Shown here: positions 24,541-37,111 of the stretch, piece after piece
How positions within the stretch are numbered: the first letter of the stretch is position 1
How the letters are laid out: the number at the start of each line of letters is the position of its first letter
Assembly (NCBI GenBank): GCA_977017645.1
Contig: OZ360242.1
Span: 37,882,001-37,946,000, forward strand
Reading direction: 5' to 3'
DNA length: 64,000 nt
From: Torpedo marmorata
Lineage: Eukaryota
The notes under the pieces: generated by a model
Told to the model about the DNA's origin: nothing
The model's database searches: none
Seen by the model: the letters and a program-made list of their open reading frames with translations, nothing else
Position numbers and translations under genes: made by a program

Positions 24541-26140
24541 TTATGAAATTCGTACTATCTTTAATGTAGAAAAATGCCCCCAAATTACTTCAGAAAAGAA
24601 TATCAAATGTGAACAGGTGGAAAACTTCCTGGAAATTCTATATAGCAACTTACAAGTATTTGTCTTTAAAGTGTCAACAAGTTGGGGTCAGGGATAACTC
24701 TGACTAGTATATAATGTTCTGAGGGAGAACAACCAGAGGCCGTAGAGCACATAAGCACTAATGGCCTGGGTAGAAAGAGGTGGGAGGCCCTGCAAATAAG
24801 TTTGGGGACTTAAGAAAAAGTTTAAAAAGCAGGACGTCTAGAGTTGTAATCTCAGGTTCATCCATGTGTCATTGTTAGTGAGAGTAGAATAAGGAGAATA
24901 GGACAGCTGAGAGCTTGGCTATGGAGCCGGTGCAGGAGGAACGTTTGGGTATTTTGATCATTGGTATCGCTTCTGGGGATCATCAGTGTCACTACCTGCA
25001 TCTGAGATGAAAGGTTTGCTCAATGGACCAAAAGGGTGATATGGTATATGTTGTGGAAAGTTGCAAAATTATATGAAAAGATTGAAATAAATGGTCAAAA
25101 TCTGGTGATGGGATTTCAGTGTGGAGAGTGAAATGTTGTTCATTTACACCAAAAGAAAATAGACCAGGGCATTTTCTAAATGATATGGAAATGTGATGCA
25201 GCAGATAGATTTAGGAGTCCGCATACAAAAATCATTAAAAATTAGTGAGCAATTACAAAAACGAGTTAAACATTTGAACAGTATGTTATTGCTTATCCTC
25301 TGGCATTTGGGATGTAAAGGAGTGTGAGATAGACCAGAGCTGTACAAAGATCTGGCTGGATGACGTGCAGAGCATGTGTTTGGCTCTAGGCACTGTGCCT
25401 CAGGAAGAACATATCGGTCTCAGAGTGGGAGCAACAAAAGTAACACAGAATGATACAAGGCTAAAATATGGGGAAGATGGCACAGATAAAGCTCAATTAT
25501 GGAAAACAAGTGGTTGATTTATAAGATCCTTCAGATAATTAAAGGCTTTAATTGGATCGATAAAGCAGGATGAAAATTCATCTTTGATCTACTGCATGAA
25601 ATGAGACCAAATTTTAGTAGCAGGCTCTAATGTCCACTTGATGCTCCATTGTGTGTTACTACCAAGGTGTGATTTATCATTGCCTGCTTCTCTGCTCTCC
25701 AGCTGCATTGTTCCTTGTGAGCCACAAAGTGAACATCCTCTCTGGTAGTTTTAAATTTTATCCCTCCATCTATCATCCCCCTCTTCCACCCCCCCATCCC
25801 AACACCCCACCCCCACCCCCTCCCCCCCCACCCCACAGCTCCATACCCTTGGAAATGATGGCGTGTTAGCTAATTTTGTCAAAAGTCCTGATGGAGCATT
25901 AAATTACAAATTGTTACCAATAGATTAATGGGCAAAACTATGTCAAGTGGTTTTCAGCGAGGGCACTTGTGAGGCCAAGCAATATGGAGCTAAAATTGAC
26001 AAAACAAAATGCTTTCTATATGATGGAATCCTGAAACAGTGTAGATTCAAAGAGGTAGAGTGCATTGATCATTAAAATATCGTAGGTAAGCCCAGAAAGT
26101 AATCAACACAGCAAACAGAATGCTATCTTTGTATCTAAAG

Positions 26141-26344
26141 CAACCTTTCTCAACAGGGGGTCATAAGGCTCCCCTGGGGGCCACAGCAAATTTAAGGGTG
26201 CCACGGACTGAAATCATAATATATTTTTTATATTGTTTATGTAGTCGTAGGGGAGAAGTATTGAAGAAACCCTATAAACTTGACTGCTTCAGAGGGAGCA
26301 GAATCCTAAGGGGGCCAGAGCCAAAAAAATGTTGAGAATGGCTG
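26141..26344. mobile_element. hAT (Charlie-like) MITE
   Basis: Termini CAACCTTTCTCAAC / GTTGAGAATGGCTG; similar 8-bp flanks ATCTAAAG / ATCTGAAA. Confidence 0.7.
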
Positions 26345-26679
26345 ATCTGAAAGTCTAAATGTACAGTGTAAAATGGTGCCGTTGTGTAAAAACTTGGATG
26401 AACTATGATTGGAATACAATGAGGAGTTTTGGTAATGCACCAAAGAAAGCATTTATCGGCCTTTACATTTACCACAATAATAGCTGGACACATTGGGTTA
26501 AATAAAAAAAGATTAATTGCACCGACTTGGGTGGTATTCCATCATGAAGCTACTTGAGTGAAGTTTTCAAAATATAAAGGGAATTGATAAAAATAAACTA
26601 ATTCTGCTTGTTAGAATGTGAGATCAAAAGAGGCATGATGTAAAATTTAGAATTGGCTCTTTAGGAAATGAATTGAGGA

Positions 26680-27050
26680 GTTGTTAACTCAGCCTGCGAC
26701 ATCACGGGCACCAGTCTTCACGCCATCAAGGAAATCTACAAGAGGCGGTGTCTTAAGAAAGCAGCTTTCATCCTCAAGGACCCCCACCACCCAGGTAATG
26801 CCCTCTTCACTCTGCTACCATCAGGAAAAAGGTAGAGGAGCCTGAAGACGAACACCCAGAACAGCTTCTTCCCCTCTGTCATCAGATTTCTGAATGAACA
26901 ATGAACCACAGACACTACCTCATGTTCATCCTATTTTCTTGCACTATTTATTTATTTTTTAAATGTGATTTTTAGCAATATTTGCACTGTAATGCTGCCA
27001 CAAAACAACAAATTTCGTGACATGTTCATGGCAATAAATTCTGATTCTGA
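26680..27050 (+). mobile_element. Rex1-type LINE 3' end (second subfamily)
   Basis: IYKRRCLKKAAFILKDPHHPG.ALFTLLPSG; tail AATAAATTCTGATTCTGA; matches 48020-48352. Confidence 0.85.
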
Positions 27051-27384
27051 AGTACTTCTCCCCACAGAAATGCTTCTCCACAAATGGTAATTGATGCCAG
27101 ATCAAATTTGAGTTTCTTTTTGCTGACCAAAGGTATTAAAGGACGTGGAACAAAGACAGGAAAATGGAAACGGCTACAAATCAATCATGATGTTATTTAT
27201 TAGCAAAACTGGACTGGAGGGTGCACATGGATAAAATTGGATATAATATCGTGAAATATATAACTTTTTGATATATATTTGTTGATGCAAGTGTTCATTA
27301 CTGAGGGGGAAAAAGGTACATGACATGTTTTCAAACATTATTTTGTGTAGAGTCATCAAGTTATACAACATGGAAACAGGCCCT

Positions 27385-28010
27385 AACAATGCAGGAACTT
27401 GTCAAAGGCCTTGTTAAAGCCCATGTAAACAATGTCCATTGTCCTCCCTCATCTATTGTCTTTGACATTTCTTCAAAAACCTCAAATCATATTCGTAAGA
27501 CATGATTTCCCATGCACAAAGCCATGCTGGTTCTTCGTGACCAGTCCTTGTCTTTCCAAATGCTGGTAGGTTCTGTCCCTTAAGATCCCCTTCAATAACT
27601 TCTCCACCACTAATGTTAGACCCACTGGCCTGTTGTTCCTTGGCTTATCCTTGCAGTGCTTCTTAAATAAAGGTGCAAAATTAGCCACCCTCCAGTCTTC
27701 CACTATCTCATCCATGGTTAGAGATGATACAAATATCTATGCCAAGCCTTCCACAATGTCCAAGGAGACACCTGGTCAGGTGCATTGTATTTATCTACCT
27801 TTGCGCTTTCGGAGGGCCAGTTCCTCGTCTTTGGTAAGATGGATACATTTCAAAGCTTTGATATTATTTTGACCTCCATGGTAAACACAGATGAGAAATA
27901 TCCATTTATTACCTGCCCCATCTCCTGTGATTCCACACATAGGTGACCATGTTGATCCTTAAAGTGGCCTATTCTCTCCTCAGTTATGCTTTTGCTCTTA
28001 ATATGACTTG
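27385..28010 (-). mobile_element. CR1 LINE internal fragment
   Basis: EDWRVANFAPLFKK..KDKPRNNRPVGLT...NQHGFVHGKSCLTN. Confidence 0.85.
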
Positions 28011-29717
28011 AATTGAATAGGTCATGTGTACCAAGATGGAGTAGAAAGTTTTGTTTTGCATCTTATCCAGGCAAATCAAATATACTTGTCAAATGTACTT
28101 GTTTTGTATAATCCAAGTGGCAAATTGTGACAGATAGTTTGTGCTTCAGAATCAGACATAACGTGGCAACTTAACACTTTAATTACAGTAATTAATTAAT
28201 TGTCTTTAGTATTGCACTTAGGGACATGAGTATCCAGGTGGTGGTGTTGGGGGAAGAAAGTGATGGAACAAGGCTGATTCAACATGGTGCAAATTCATTT
28301 AAACTATATCTTTTCACATTTCGCTTGTGAGTCCTTTTATCTACATTTATAATACAAACTACATCTGTAAACTTGCCACACTGTAATTAAACCCACCTTC
28401 CACTTTGGGATGACAGTATTGCAGGTTGTAGGGTATAATTACAGTATGGCAGGTATTTGTTTGCATCTAAAATGAAACATTGCAGTAATTTAAATTTCTT
28501 CATTGTGCAGACACCTCCCACCACAGCCTCCACCCCCACCATCACCAACAGAAGCTCTTGGAATGCCTGGACTACAAGTGATGTGCATTTCCGTCATGTA
28601 AATGAGAGGAAATACATCAGACGATCTATCTCCCATGGTTATCTTATGAACCTCCAACCATTGCTTATGTCTGAAGGAAATGACTAGACCTTGTCATTGG
28701 GGGAGCACAGTAGTTGAGAGCATAGCTCCAATGGAGGTGCAGTAGAAAGTCTGTTTTTGTTTGATTACTCAACATAAAAGTTAAGGCACGGTTGGCGTCC
28801 TCCAATGTGTGTATTCCATATTGTTAACAAATGCATCCAGAGATACATTATCCCGTTTTCCACTTTCTGTGTTCTGTCTCTTATTTGCCATTAGTCAGTA
28901 CTGAAAGTTTAATGGCTGGAGCACACTAGATCCATGAAATGGATCCCTATTGTAAAAACCCGATTGTCTTCACTGGGGAAAAATATTTTAACTGGCTCAC
29001 TTACATCCTCGCCTAAACTCGAGGAAAATATAATTTTGCAAAGAGTTTGATACTTTTTGGCTTTAAGACTATTAGGCACTGTTTTGAATTTCTGTCAAAC
29101 AAAACATATAAGGATTGGAACATCAAGATGGTGGGTGTTTACCAGGAAGTGTTGTTCCGAGGCTTCATTTAATAACCATCGCATCTTATTAGTGAATAAA
29201 AATGTTCTCTGAAATTGATAAAGTACATCATAGAATTATTCTGTTGGCATAAAATAACTGCTAAATAAGCTTTCCATTTTTGGGATGTGAATAATTTCAC
29301 TTTGGTTATTTTTGTCTTTCCCATCGCTGGCTTGTTCTCATAATTGTAATGGAAGCTTCGAACTTCAAAAGTGAAATGGTTCACTAGTGAAAGAGTCGCA
29401 AATTAAATAACCTCACTGAGCATCCATTCTGATTTCTGTTGATTATACCTACCGTTGCACAATATGCCAGTGATGGAGAACTGAGTCTATGGAGTTCAAT
29501 AGTGGGAACAAAAACCAAGTGAGAATAGTGTGGCCTCCTCTACATCGGTGAGACCAAAAGCAAATTGGGTGACCGCTTCATTGAGCATTTAATATCTGTG
29601 GGTCCAAACTTGAGATTCCTGGTGCCAGCCTTTTTAACTCCTCTAACCATTCCCACATTGACATGTCTGACTTTGTCAGTGTGAGGCAAATGTAAACTTC
29701 AAGAATTACACATCATT

Positions 29718-32700
29718 ATTTTTATTATCTTCACAGGTTCAAGATAGAATAACGCAAGCATCTTATAAAGCGAGAATAATTTCTGATCATTCACCTTTAT
29801 TAATATCTTGTATAATTCCGGAAAAAGAAAAAACTGTATATAGTTGGAGATGTAATTCTTCTTTATTAAAAAGAAAAGATTTCTGTGATTATATGAGAAG
29901 GGAAATTCAGGAATTTTTACAAATAAATTCTAATTCTACTAATAATAAATTTATTATATGGGAAGCTTTAAAAGCTTATTTAAGAGGTCAAATAATAATT
30001 TATTCAGCAAAAATTAAGAAGGATTATCTTAGGGAGGTAAACAACTAAGAGAAGGAAATTGAGTGTTTGGAAAAGGTTTACAAAAATAGATCAATTCAAA
30101 AAAGGAATAATCTAGTTGGGAAAAAATTACATTATAATTTATTACAAACATACAAAATGGAAAAATTAATTGAAAGAACTAAACAAAGATATTATGAGTT
30201 AGGGGAAAGAGCACATAAAGTTTTGGCATGGCAATTAATAAAAGATCAAGCTTCTAGAACTATAAATGCTATTAGGAAAAAGAATTCTAGGGAAATAACT
30301 TATAAACCTCGAGAAATAAATGATTCTTTTAAGGATTATTATTTAAATTTATATAAATCTCAGATTGATCAAGATAACTCTAAAATTAATAGATTTTTAT
30401 CTAAAATTACATTACCTAAACTAAATATTCAAAGTAGAGAAGCTTTAGATTTACCTTTCTCAATGAGGGAAGTTAATGAAGTTCTTACTTCCTTAACGAG
30501 TGGTAAATCTCCAGGTGATGATGGATTTCCAGCAGAATTTTATAAAGAGTTTAAAGATTTATTGATACCTCCATATATGGATGTATTAAATCAAATTACG
30601 GAAACCCATTCATTACCAGACACATTTTTAAATACAATAATTACAGTTATACCTAAAAAAGATAGAGATGTATTGAAAACTGAATCATATAGACCTATTT
30701 CATTGTTAAATGTAGATTATAAGATAATGGCAAAAATTTTAGCAAATAGAATTGCTAATTATTTACCAGATTTAATTCATGTAGATCAAACTGGTTTTAT
30801 TAAGAATAGATATTCAAAAGATAATATAGCTAGATTAATTAGTTTAATTAATTTTCAAAAAAAGAAGGAAGATTTACCATTAGTATTAACGCTAGACGCC
30901 GAAAAGGCTTTTGATAGATTAGAGTGGAATTTTTTATTTAAGGTATTGGAGAAATTTGGTTTTGGAATTACATTTATTAATTGGATTAAAACTATATATA
31001 AAGAACCATATGCTAAAGTAGTTACAAATGGACAAATTTCTTCAAGATTTCCTTTGACTCGATCTACTAGTCAAGGATGTCCTTTGTCACCAGCGTTATT
31101 TATTTTGGCGATAGAACCTTTGGCAGAATTAGTTAGAAAAGATCCTAAAATAGTTGGTATTAAAGTTGGAATGGAAGAACATAAAATTAGTTTATTTGCA
31201 GATGATGTATTGATATATATGATAAAATCTACTACATCTTTAGTACAATTGTCTGCGTTATTGAGAGAATATGGGGAAATATCTGGATATAAAATTAATT
31301 CTGATAAAAGTGAAATTATGGCATTATCACAAGGGGATTATAGTAAATGTAAAGAAATTATACAATTTAAATGGGCAAAGGAAGGAATTAAATATTTGGG
31401 AATAAGGATTGACACAAAATTGGCTAATTTATATAAAATTAAATTATTTACCATTATTTGTGAAAATAAAAAAGGATTTAGAAAATTGGAAAGATTTACC
31501 TATAACTTTAATGGGAAGAGTAAATTGTATTAAAATGAATGTTTTTCCAAGAATTCAATATCTTTTTCAATCAATTCCTTATGAAATTCCTCAAAAATCT
31601 TTCAAAGATTTAAATTCAATTATTAGAAAATTTTTATGGAAAGGAAAGTTAGCAAGAGTAGGTATGGAAAAATTAACTTGGAATTATGAAATGGGTGGTT
31701 TACAACTTCATAATTTCCAAAATTATTATAAAGCAGCTCAATTAAAATTTGTTAATGAATTTTTTGATTCAACTAAATCTTCTGCTTGGATTAAAATAGA
31801 ATTAAATAATATAGGAGAAGATTCCAAAGAAGAAGTTATTTATAAATGGGATTCTAAATTAATATCAACAAGAAAGAAAAATTCTCCTATTCTTTAACAT
31901 TTGTTAGAAATATGGAATAAGACGGATAAGGAAATAGGAGGAAAAGGATTGATTTCTTCAAGGATGCCTTTATATCAAAATTGACTTATTCCATTTACTA
32001 TTAATAATCAATTATTTAAAATTTGGTTTCAAAAAGGAATTAAGAAAATAAATGATTGTTTTGAAGCTGGGAAATTTATTACTTTTCAAAGAATGAAAGA
32101 TACATTTAATATATTAGATAATACACTTTTTGCTTATTATCAAATTAGAGCTTTTCTGATTGAGAAATTAGGTTATGCTTTGATTTTACCAAGACAGAAT
32201 GAATTAGAATTATTAGTTACTAAAGGAGATGTCAATAAATTTATTTCTCAAATGTATAAATTGTTTCAGAGGAAAATTCCTAAAGTAGGAATTCATAAAT
32301 CAAGATTAAAATGGGAATTAGATTTGAATGTAACAATAGATGAAAATCATTGGAAAGAATTATGTAAATTAAGTATGACGAAGATTATTAATGTTGGATA
32401 TAGATTAGTACAATACAATTTTTTTCATCAATTATATTTAACACCTAAAAAACTAAAGAAATTTAATCCGACATTATCAGGTTTATGTTTTAGATGTAAT
32501 AAAGAGGAAGGTTCTTTTGTACATTCTACATGGTTTTGTCCAAAAGTTTATGATTTCTGGTTGAAAGTTAAAAAAATTTTAGATAAAGTATTTAAGATTA
32601 CATTTCCAATGGATCCTATGATATTTTTGTTTGGAGATATTAGAAAATTTAGTATTAAGATGAAATTAAATATGTATCAAATAGATTTTCTGCAAATTGC

Positions 32701-33152
32701 TTTAGCTGTTTCAAAGAAATGTATTGCTATTACTTGGAAATCTGATCTCGATTTAGGGTTAGAAAGATGGCATGCAGAACTTCATTCATGTATACCACTT
32801 GAAAAAATTACTTATAACTTACGGAATAAATATCATTTATATTTAAAAATATGGAGCCCATATATGAAAGTTGTTGGCTTAAGGATTTGAAGATCTCTGG
32901 ACATTGGATCTACTGGCTACCTGACCTCCATAATAGAATTAGTTTATAGATGTATTTATTAGATTGACATTCTCCTTACCTTATCCTTTTCTCTTTCTTC
33001 TCTTTTTTTTAATTATTTTATTAGATTAGTGGGGAGGGGATGGAGGGAGGGGGAGGGAGGGGGGGTGAAAATGTATCACAAGTATTTGATAATTTCATAT
33101 TTTATTTTATGTATTTTGTGATTTAAAATTTTTAAATAAAATAATTAAAAAA
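29718..33152 (+). mobile_element. 5'-truncated L1 LINE: ORF2 (end of APE, RT, Cys domain), 3' UTR, poly-A, 17-bp TSD
   Basis: SDHSPL, KSPGDDGF, YRPISLLN, LDAEKAFD, QGCPLSP, LFADD, CFRC..H..WFC; a few stops and frameshifts; TSD AAGAATTACACATCATT at 29701-29717 and 33153-33169. Confidence 0.95.
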
Positions 33153-33248
33153 AAGAATTACACATCATTTTCCTTCAATCTAATGGCATGAACATTGATT
33201 TTTTTCTCATTTTAGATAGCCCCTTTACCCATCTGATTCCACTGTTCC

Positions 33249-33879
33249 ACAAGATCACAAGATCACAAGATCACAATTGCAGAATTAGGCCCATTGGCCC
33301 ATCGAGTCTGCTCTGCCATTTTAATCATTAACTGATCCATCCTCCCACTCAGCCCCACTCCCCGGCTTTCTTCCCATAACCCCTGATGCCCTGATGAATC
33401 AAATACCTGTTAATCTCTGCCTTAAATACACCCATTGACCTTGCTTCCACAGCAGGTTCCACAGACTCTCGACTATCTGACTAAAGAATCTTTTCCGCGT
33501 CTCTTTTTTAAATTGGTGCCCTTTTATCCTGAAGTTATGCCCTCTTGTCCTAAAATCATGGGAAACATTCTTGACATATCTACTCTGTCCAGGCCTTTCA
33601 GCATTCAAAATGCCTCTATGAGGTCCCCCCTCATCCTTCTTTACTCCAACGAGTACAGTCCAAGAGCCGACAATCGTTCCTCATATGCCAACCCTTTCAT
33701 TCCTGGTATCATTCCAGTAAATCTTCTCTGAACCCTCTCCAATGCCAGCATGTTTTCTCAAATACGGTGCCAAAAACTGTACACAATACCGCAAGTGAGG
33801 TCTCACCAGTGCTTTATAGAGTCTCAACATTACATCCCTGCTCTTATATGCTATTCCTCTAAAAAATGAATGCCAACAT
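33249..33879 (-). mobile_element. CR1 LINE 3' fragment with TSD
   Basis: (CACAAGAT)n tail, CR1 3' UTR and RT C-terminus; TGTTCC at 33243-33248 and 33880-33885. Confidence 0.88.
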
Positions 33880-34063
33880 TGTTCCGTCCCTTATTTACCT
33901 ACTGTTGTATTTACTTTTTTTCTCTCTCTCAAACGTTTCTTTCCAACACTCTTCCTAATGGTTTCTCCCTCTACTTGTCTCTCCACCTCCTACACCATCT
34001 GTCCTATACTCTATCACCTCTGGGCCCCTCCTGCTTTATGTGTAATTTTATCTATTCTATCTT

Positions 34064-34099
34064 AGTCTTGATAAAGGGGCCAGACCTGAAACATTGACT
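34064..34099 (+). ncRNA. Decayed hammerhead motif of an older PLE subfamily
   Basis: AGTC-TTGATAA-A-GGG-GCCAGA-CCT-GAAA-CATT-GACT; stem I AGTC/GACT. Confidence 0.5.
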
Positions 34100-34540
34100 G
34101 TATGCTGTCCAACCTGCTTAGTACCTCCCGTAAATCTTTGTCCACTCAATAATACTGTTTCCTCCATAATATCGCTCTTCTCGCATGTTATTGTAGTTGT
34201 ATGGATTTTAAATTAGTGGAGAATATTCCAGTGTACCCTTGACTTGGGCTTTATACATAATGAAGAGGATTTGAATTGAGGTCAGAGGTTAAATACTTGA
34301 AACAGAACGTGCAGTCCTCTCCTTGCAACCATGAGCTGATATAGAATCAGAATTTATTGTCATGAACAAGTCACAAAATTTGTTGTAAAAATAGTGCACA
34401 AAAAGTCAAAGTAAGGCAGTGTCTTTGGTCATAGTATTGTTTTGTCCTGATCAAAGGCCCTTTAAATGTTTGGATGAGTAAAACAGTGATGTTGGTGATG
34501 CTGAAAGTCGAGGACAAATGAATGGAATTCCAGCTAATTT

Positions 34541-36253
34541 TTTTTATTTAAATTTTTTTTGAATATTTTATTTGTATTTTTTTTAAGCCAAACATATTAT
34601 CAATAACAAAAATAATACATCATCGAATATAATATTCGTATGCTGACTATTATACTAAAAAACAACAAGAGTACAAACAAAGAAAACCCACCCACCCAGT
34701 TCCCCCTAAAAGAAAGAAAGGAGAAGAATGGAATTAGAAAAGGTTGAAGCAGAAAAGGAAAGAAGACGTTGGAGGTTCGTCGTCCACCCCGCAGGCTTAA
34801 ATTACTTGGCTTACTCAGATTTTTAAAGAGGAAACGGACATAGGTCCTGAAGGCGAGGGGGGTCCTAGCTATAGATTTACAAGTTGAGATCTTATTTAAG
34901 GGATAAATTGGGCCCATTAATGACCTTACCGAAATGCAGTGATGTAAACCATATAACAATTACAGCACGGAAACAGGCCATTAGGCCCTTCCAGTCCGCA
35001 CCGAACCAAAACATTCCTATCTAGTCCCACCTACCTGCACCCTGCCCATAACCCTCCACTTCCCTCTCATCCATATACTTGTCCAACTTTTTCTTAAATA
35101 CTAAAATTGACTCTGCCGCCACTACTTCTCCCGGAAGCTCATTCCACACCGCTACCACTCTCTGAGTAAAGAAGTTCCCCCTCATGTTACCTCTAAACCT
35201 CTGCCCCTTAACTCTTAGCTCATGTCCTCTTGTTTCAATCTCTCCTATTCTTAATGGAAATAGTCTATCCACATCCACTCTGTCTATCCCTTTCATAATT
35301 TTAAATACCTCTATCAAATCCCCTCTCAACCTTCTACGCTCCAAAGAATAAAGACCTAATCTGCTCAATCTCTCCTTGTACTCTAAATTCTTAAACCCAG
35401 GTAACATTCTGGTAAACCTTCTCTGCACTCTCTCCACTTTGTTGATATCCTTCCTATAATTTGGCGACCAGAACTGCACACAGAACTCTAAATTAGGCCG
35501 CACCAAAGCCTTATATAATCTCAACATCACTTCCCAACTCCTATATTCTATGCATTGATTGATGAAGGCCAGCATACTAAAAGCCTTCTTCACCACCGTA
35601 TTCACATGAGTGGAAACTTTGATCCGAAAGGGGATCACAAAGAAGTTTATTTCAGCAGCCTATCTTTTACTACATAAACGAACAGCTAAACAGGGGCTAC
35701 ATAGATCTAGACAGAGATGGGAATCAGACTTGTATATAATAATTGATGAACAAAACTGGTCCGACTTATGTCGGGACAGTATGAAAAATACAATAAATGT
35801 GAGATACAGACTGGTGCAATATAATTTTTTGCACCAGTTATATCTCATGCCGCAAAAATTGAATAAATTTAAATCAGAAATATCAGATAAATGTTTTAGA
35901 TGCAGCAAAGAAATAGGAACGTTTTTACATTTAATCTGGTCATGCCCCAAGGTAAAACCTTTCTGGACGGACTTAGGGAAATTTTTAGAACAAATTACAG
36001 AAATTCTGTTCCCACAATGCCCAGAATTATTTCTATTGGGCAATATCTCCGGCGTAAGACCTAAGATGTGGCTGTCAAAATTTCAAATAAAATTTGTAGA
36101 GATCGCATTGGCGGTGGCCAGGAAATATATAGCGGTCACATGGAAGTCTGATTCCCATCTAGGTATGACAAGATGGAATGAGGAAATGTACAGCTGTGTT
36201 CCCCTTGAGAAGATTACCTACAATCTTAGAAATAGATATGATATATTTTTAAA
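34541..36253 (-). mobile_element. L1 insertion with 5' inversion (twin-priming structure)
   Basis: TSD GAATTCCAGCTAATTT at 34525-34540 and 36254-36269; minus-strand A-rich tail and 3' UTR at 34541-~34877; plus-strand ORF2 C-terminus at ~34878-36253, homologous to 32140-32860. Confidence 0.85.
34947..35620 (-). mobile_element. Young CR1 LINE 3' fragment inserted in the inverted L1
   Basis: Uninterrupted ORF VKKAFSMLAFI...LYKALVRPNLEFCVQFWSP...ERRRLRGDLIEVFKIM; CR1 3' UTR GGCCTGTTTCCGTGCTGTA. Confidence 0.93.
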
Positions 36254-37111
36254 GAATTCCAGCTAATTTGAAATAGTCACTCACTGAAAATTACATAGCC
36301 TATTTGTTACTTGCTGCTTGCTGGCCTGCATGTAGATATAATCCATGTTCATCTGCAGTTTGATATTGTGAATGGAGTTGAATACCTTAAGAAAGAACAA
36401 AATTCTCCAATATATCTGTAGAGAATAGTTGAGCCAAGAAAATTTCCCTGAAGAATTTCGCGGTCACGTTGAAAGCTACGATCAATGGGCATGACCAAGG
36501 CATTTTTCTTTGCAGGATTTGTTATAAGCTCATAGCTTGTAGTTGTAGAATAGCTTGAGTTGGGAGCTGCAGAATCTGGTGCAACAGTGGGATTTTTCTC
36601 ATGGCCTACAGCCCATGTTGTGTCCAGGTAACACTCCATTCATTAAAATTTAAAATTTCCGTTGATCTGTATGAAATCACGGAGAGCCTCTGCTGAACAA
36701 AGCTTTCAAGATCCACTCAGGTTCATATTTGATATCCAAGTATATTGCTTTTTGGATATGTTCCTGGAGGTCAGGTTACTAACAACTATTCTTTGAAGTA
36801 AAAGTTTATATTTCTGGCACTCAGCTATAGGGAACACTTTATGCAAGTACTAATCCTATCTCTCAGTATCCCAAGCTCTTCCACTGACCTTCTGTAACCT
36901 AACAAAGGTATGAACCTTAACACAAGGAGTTGTGAAAACAAGTAAAATGCCCTTTTTTGTCCTGTTACTTCTCTGTGCAGTGTTCAATTAATAATGGAAG
37001 TGCTAAAAAATATTTAAACAAAAGTAAAATATATATATATTTTTTTTCCAAACACAAGATTTGAATTAATATTATCTTTGCATTTGTCACATTCTCTATT
37101 TTGTACTACTG

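Larger units (their letters stand above)
24840..27230 (+). mobile_element. Cluster of old CR1 fragments
   Basis: Degenerate CR1 RT-like sequence at about 25000-25560 and 25870-26680, and 3' end at 27050-27230; interrupted by hAT MITE and Rex1 pieces. Confidence 0.55.
29528..34150 (+). mobile_element. Old Penelope-like element split by L1 and CR1 insertions
   Basis: GLLYIGETKSKLGDRFIEH at ~29532-29590; continues after the L1 (33170-33248) and after the CR1 (33886-34150), ending in a decayed hammerhead repeat. Confidence 0.8.

Noticed and set aside
28511-28580. Pro-rich exon-like segment after TGTGCAG
   Set aside because: Low-complexity CCA repeats, weak donor site, no recognisable protein.
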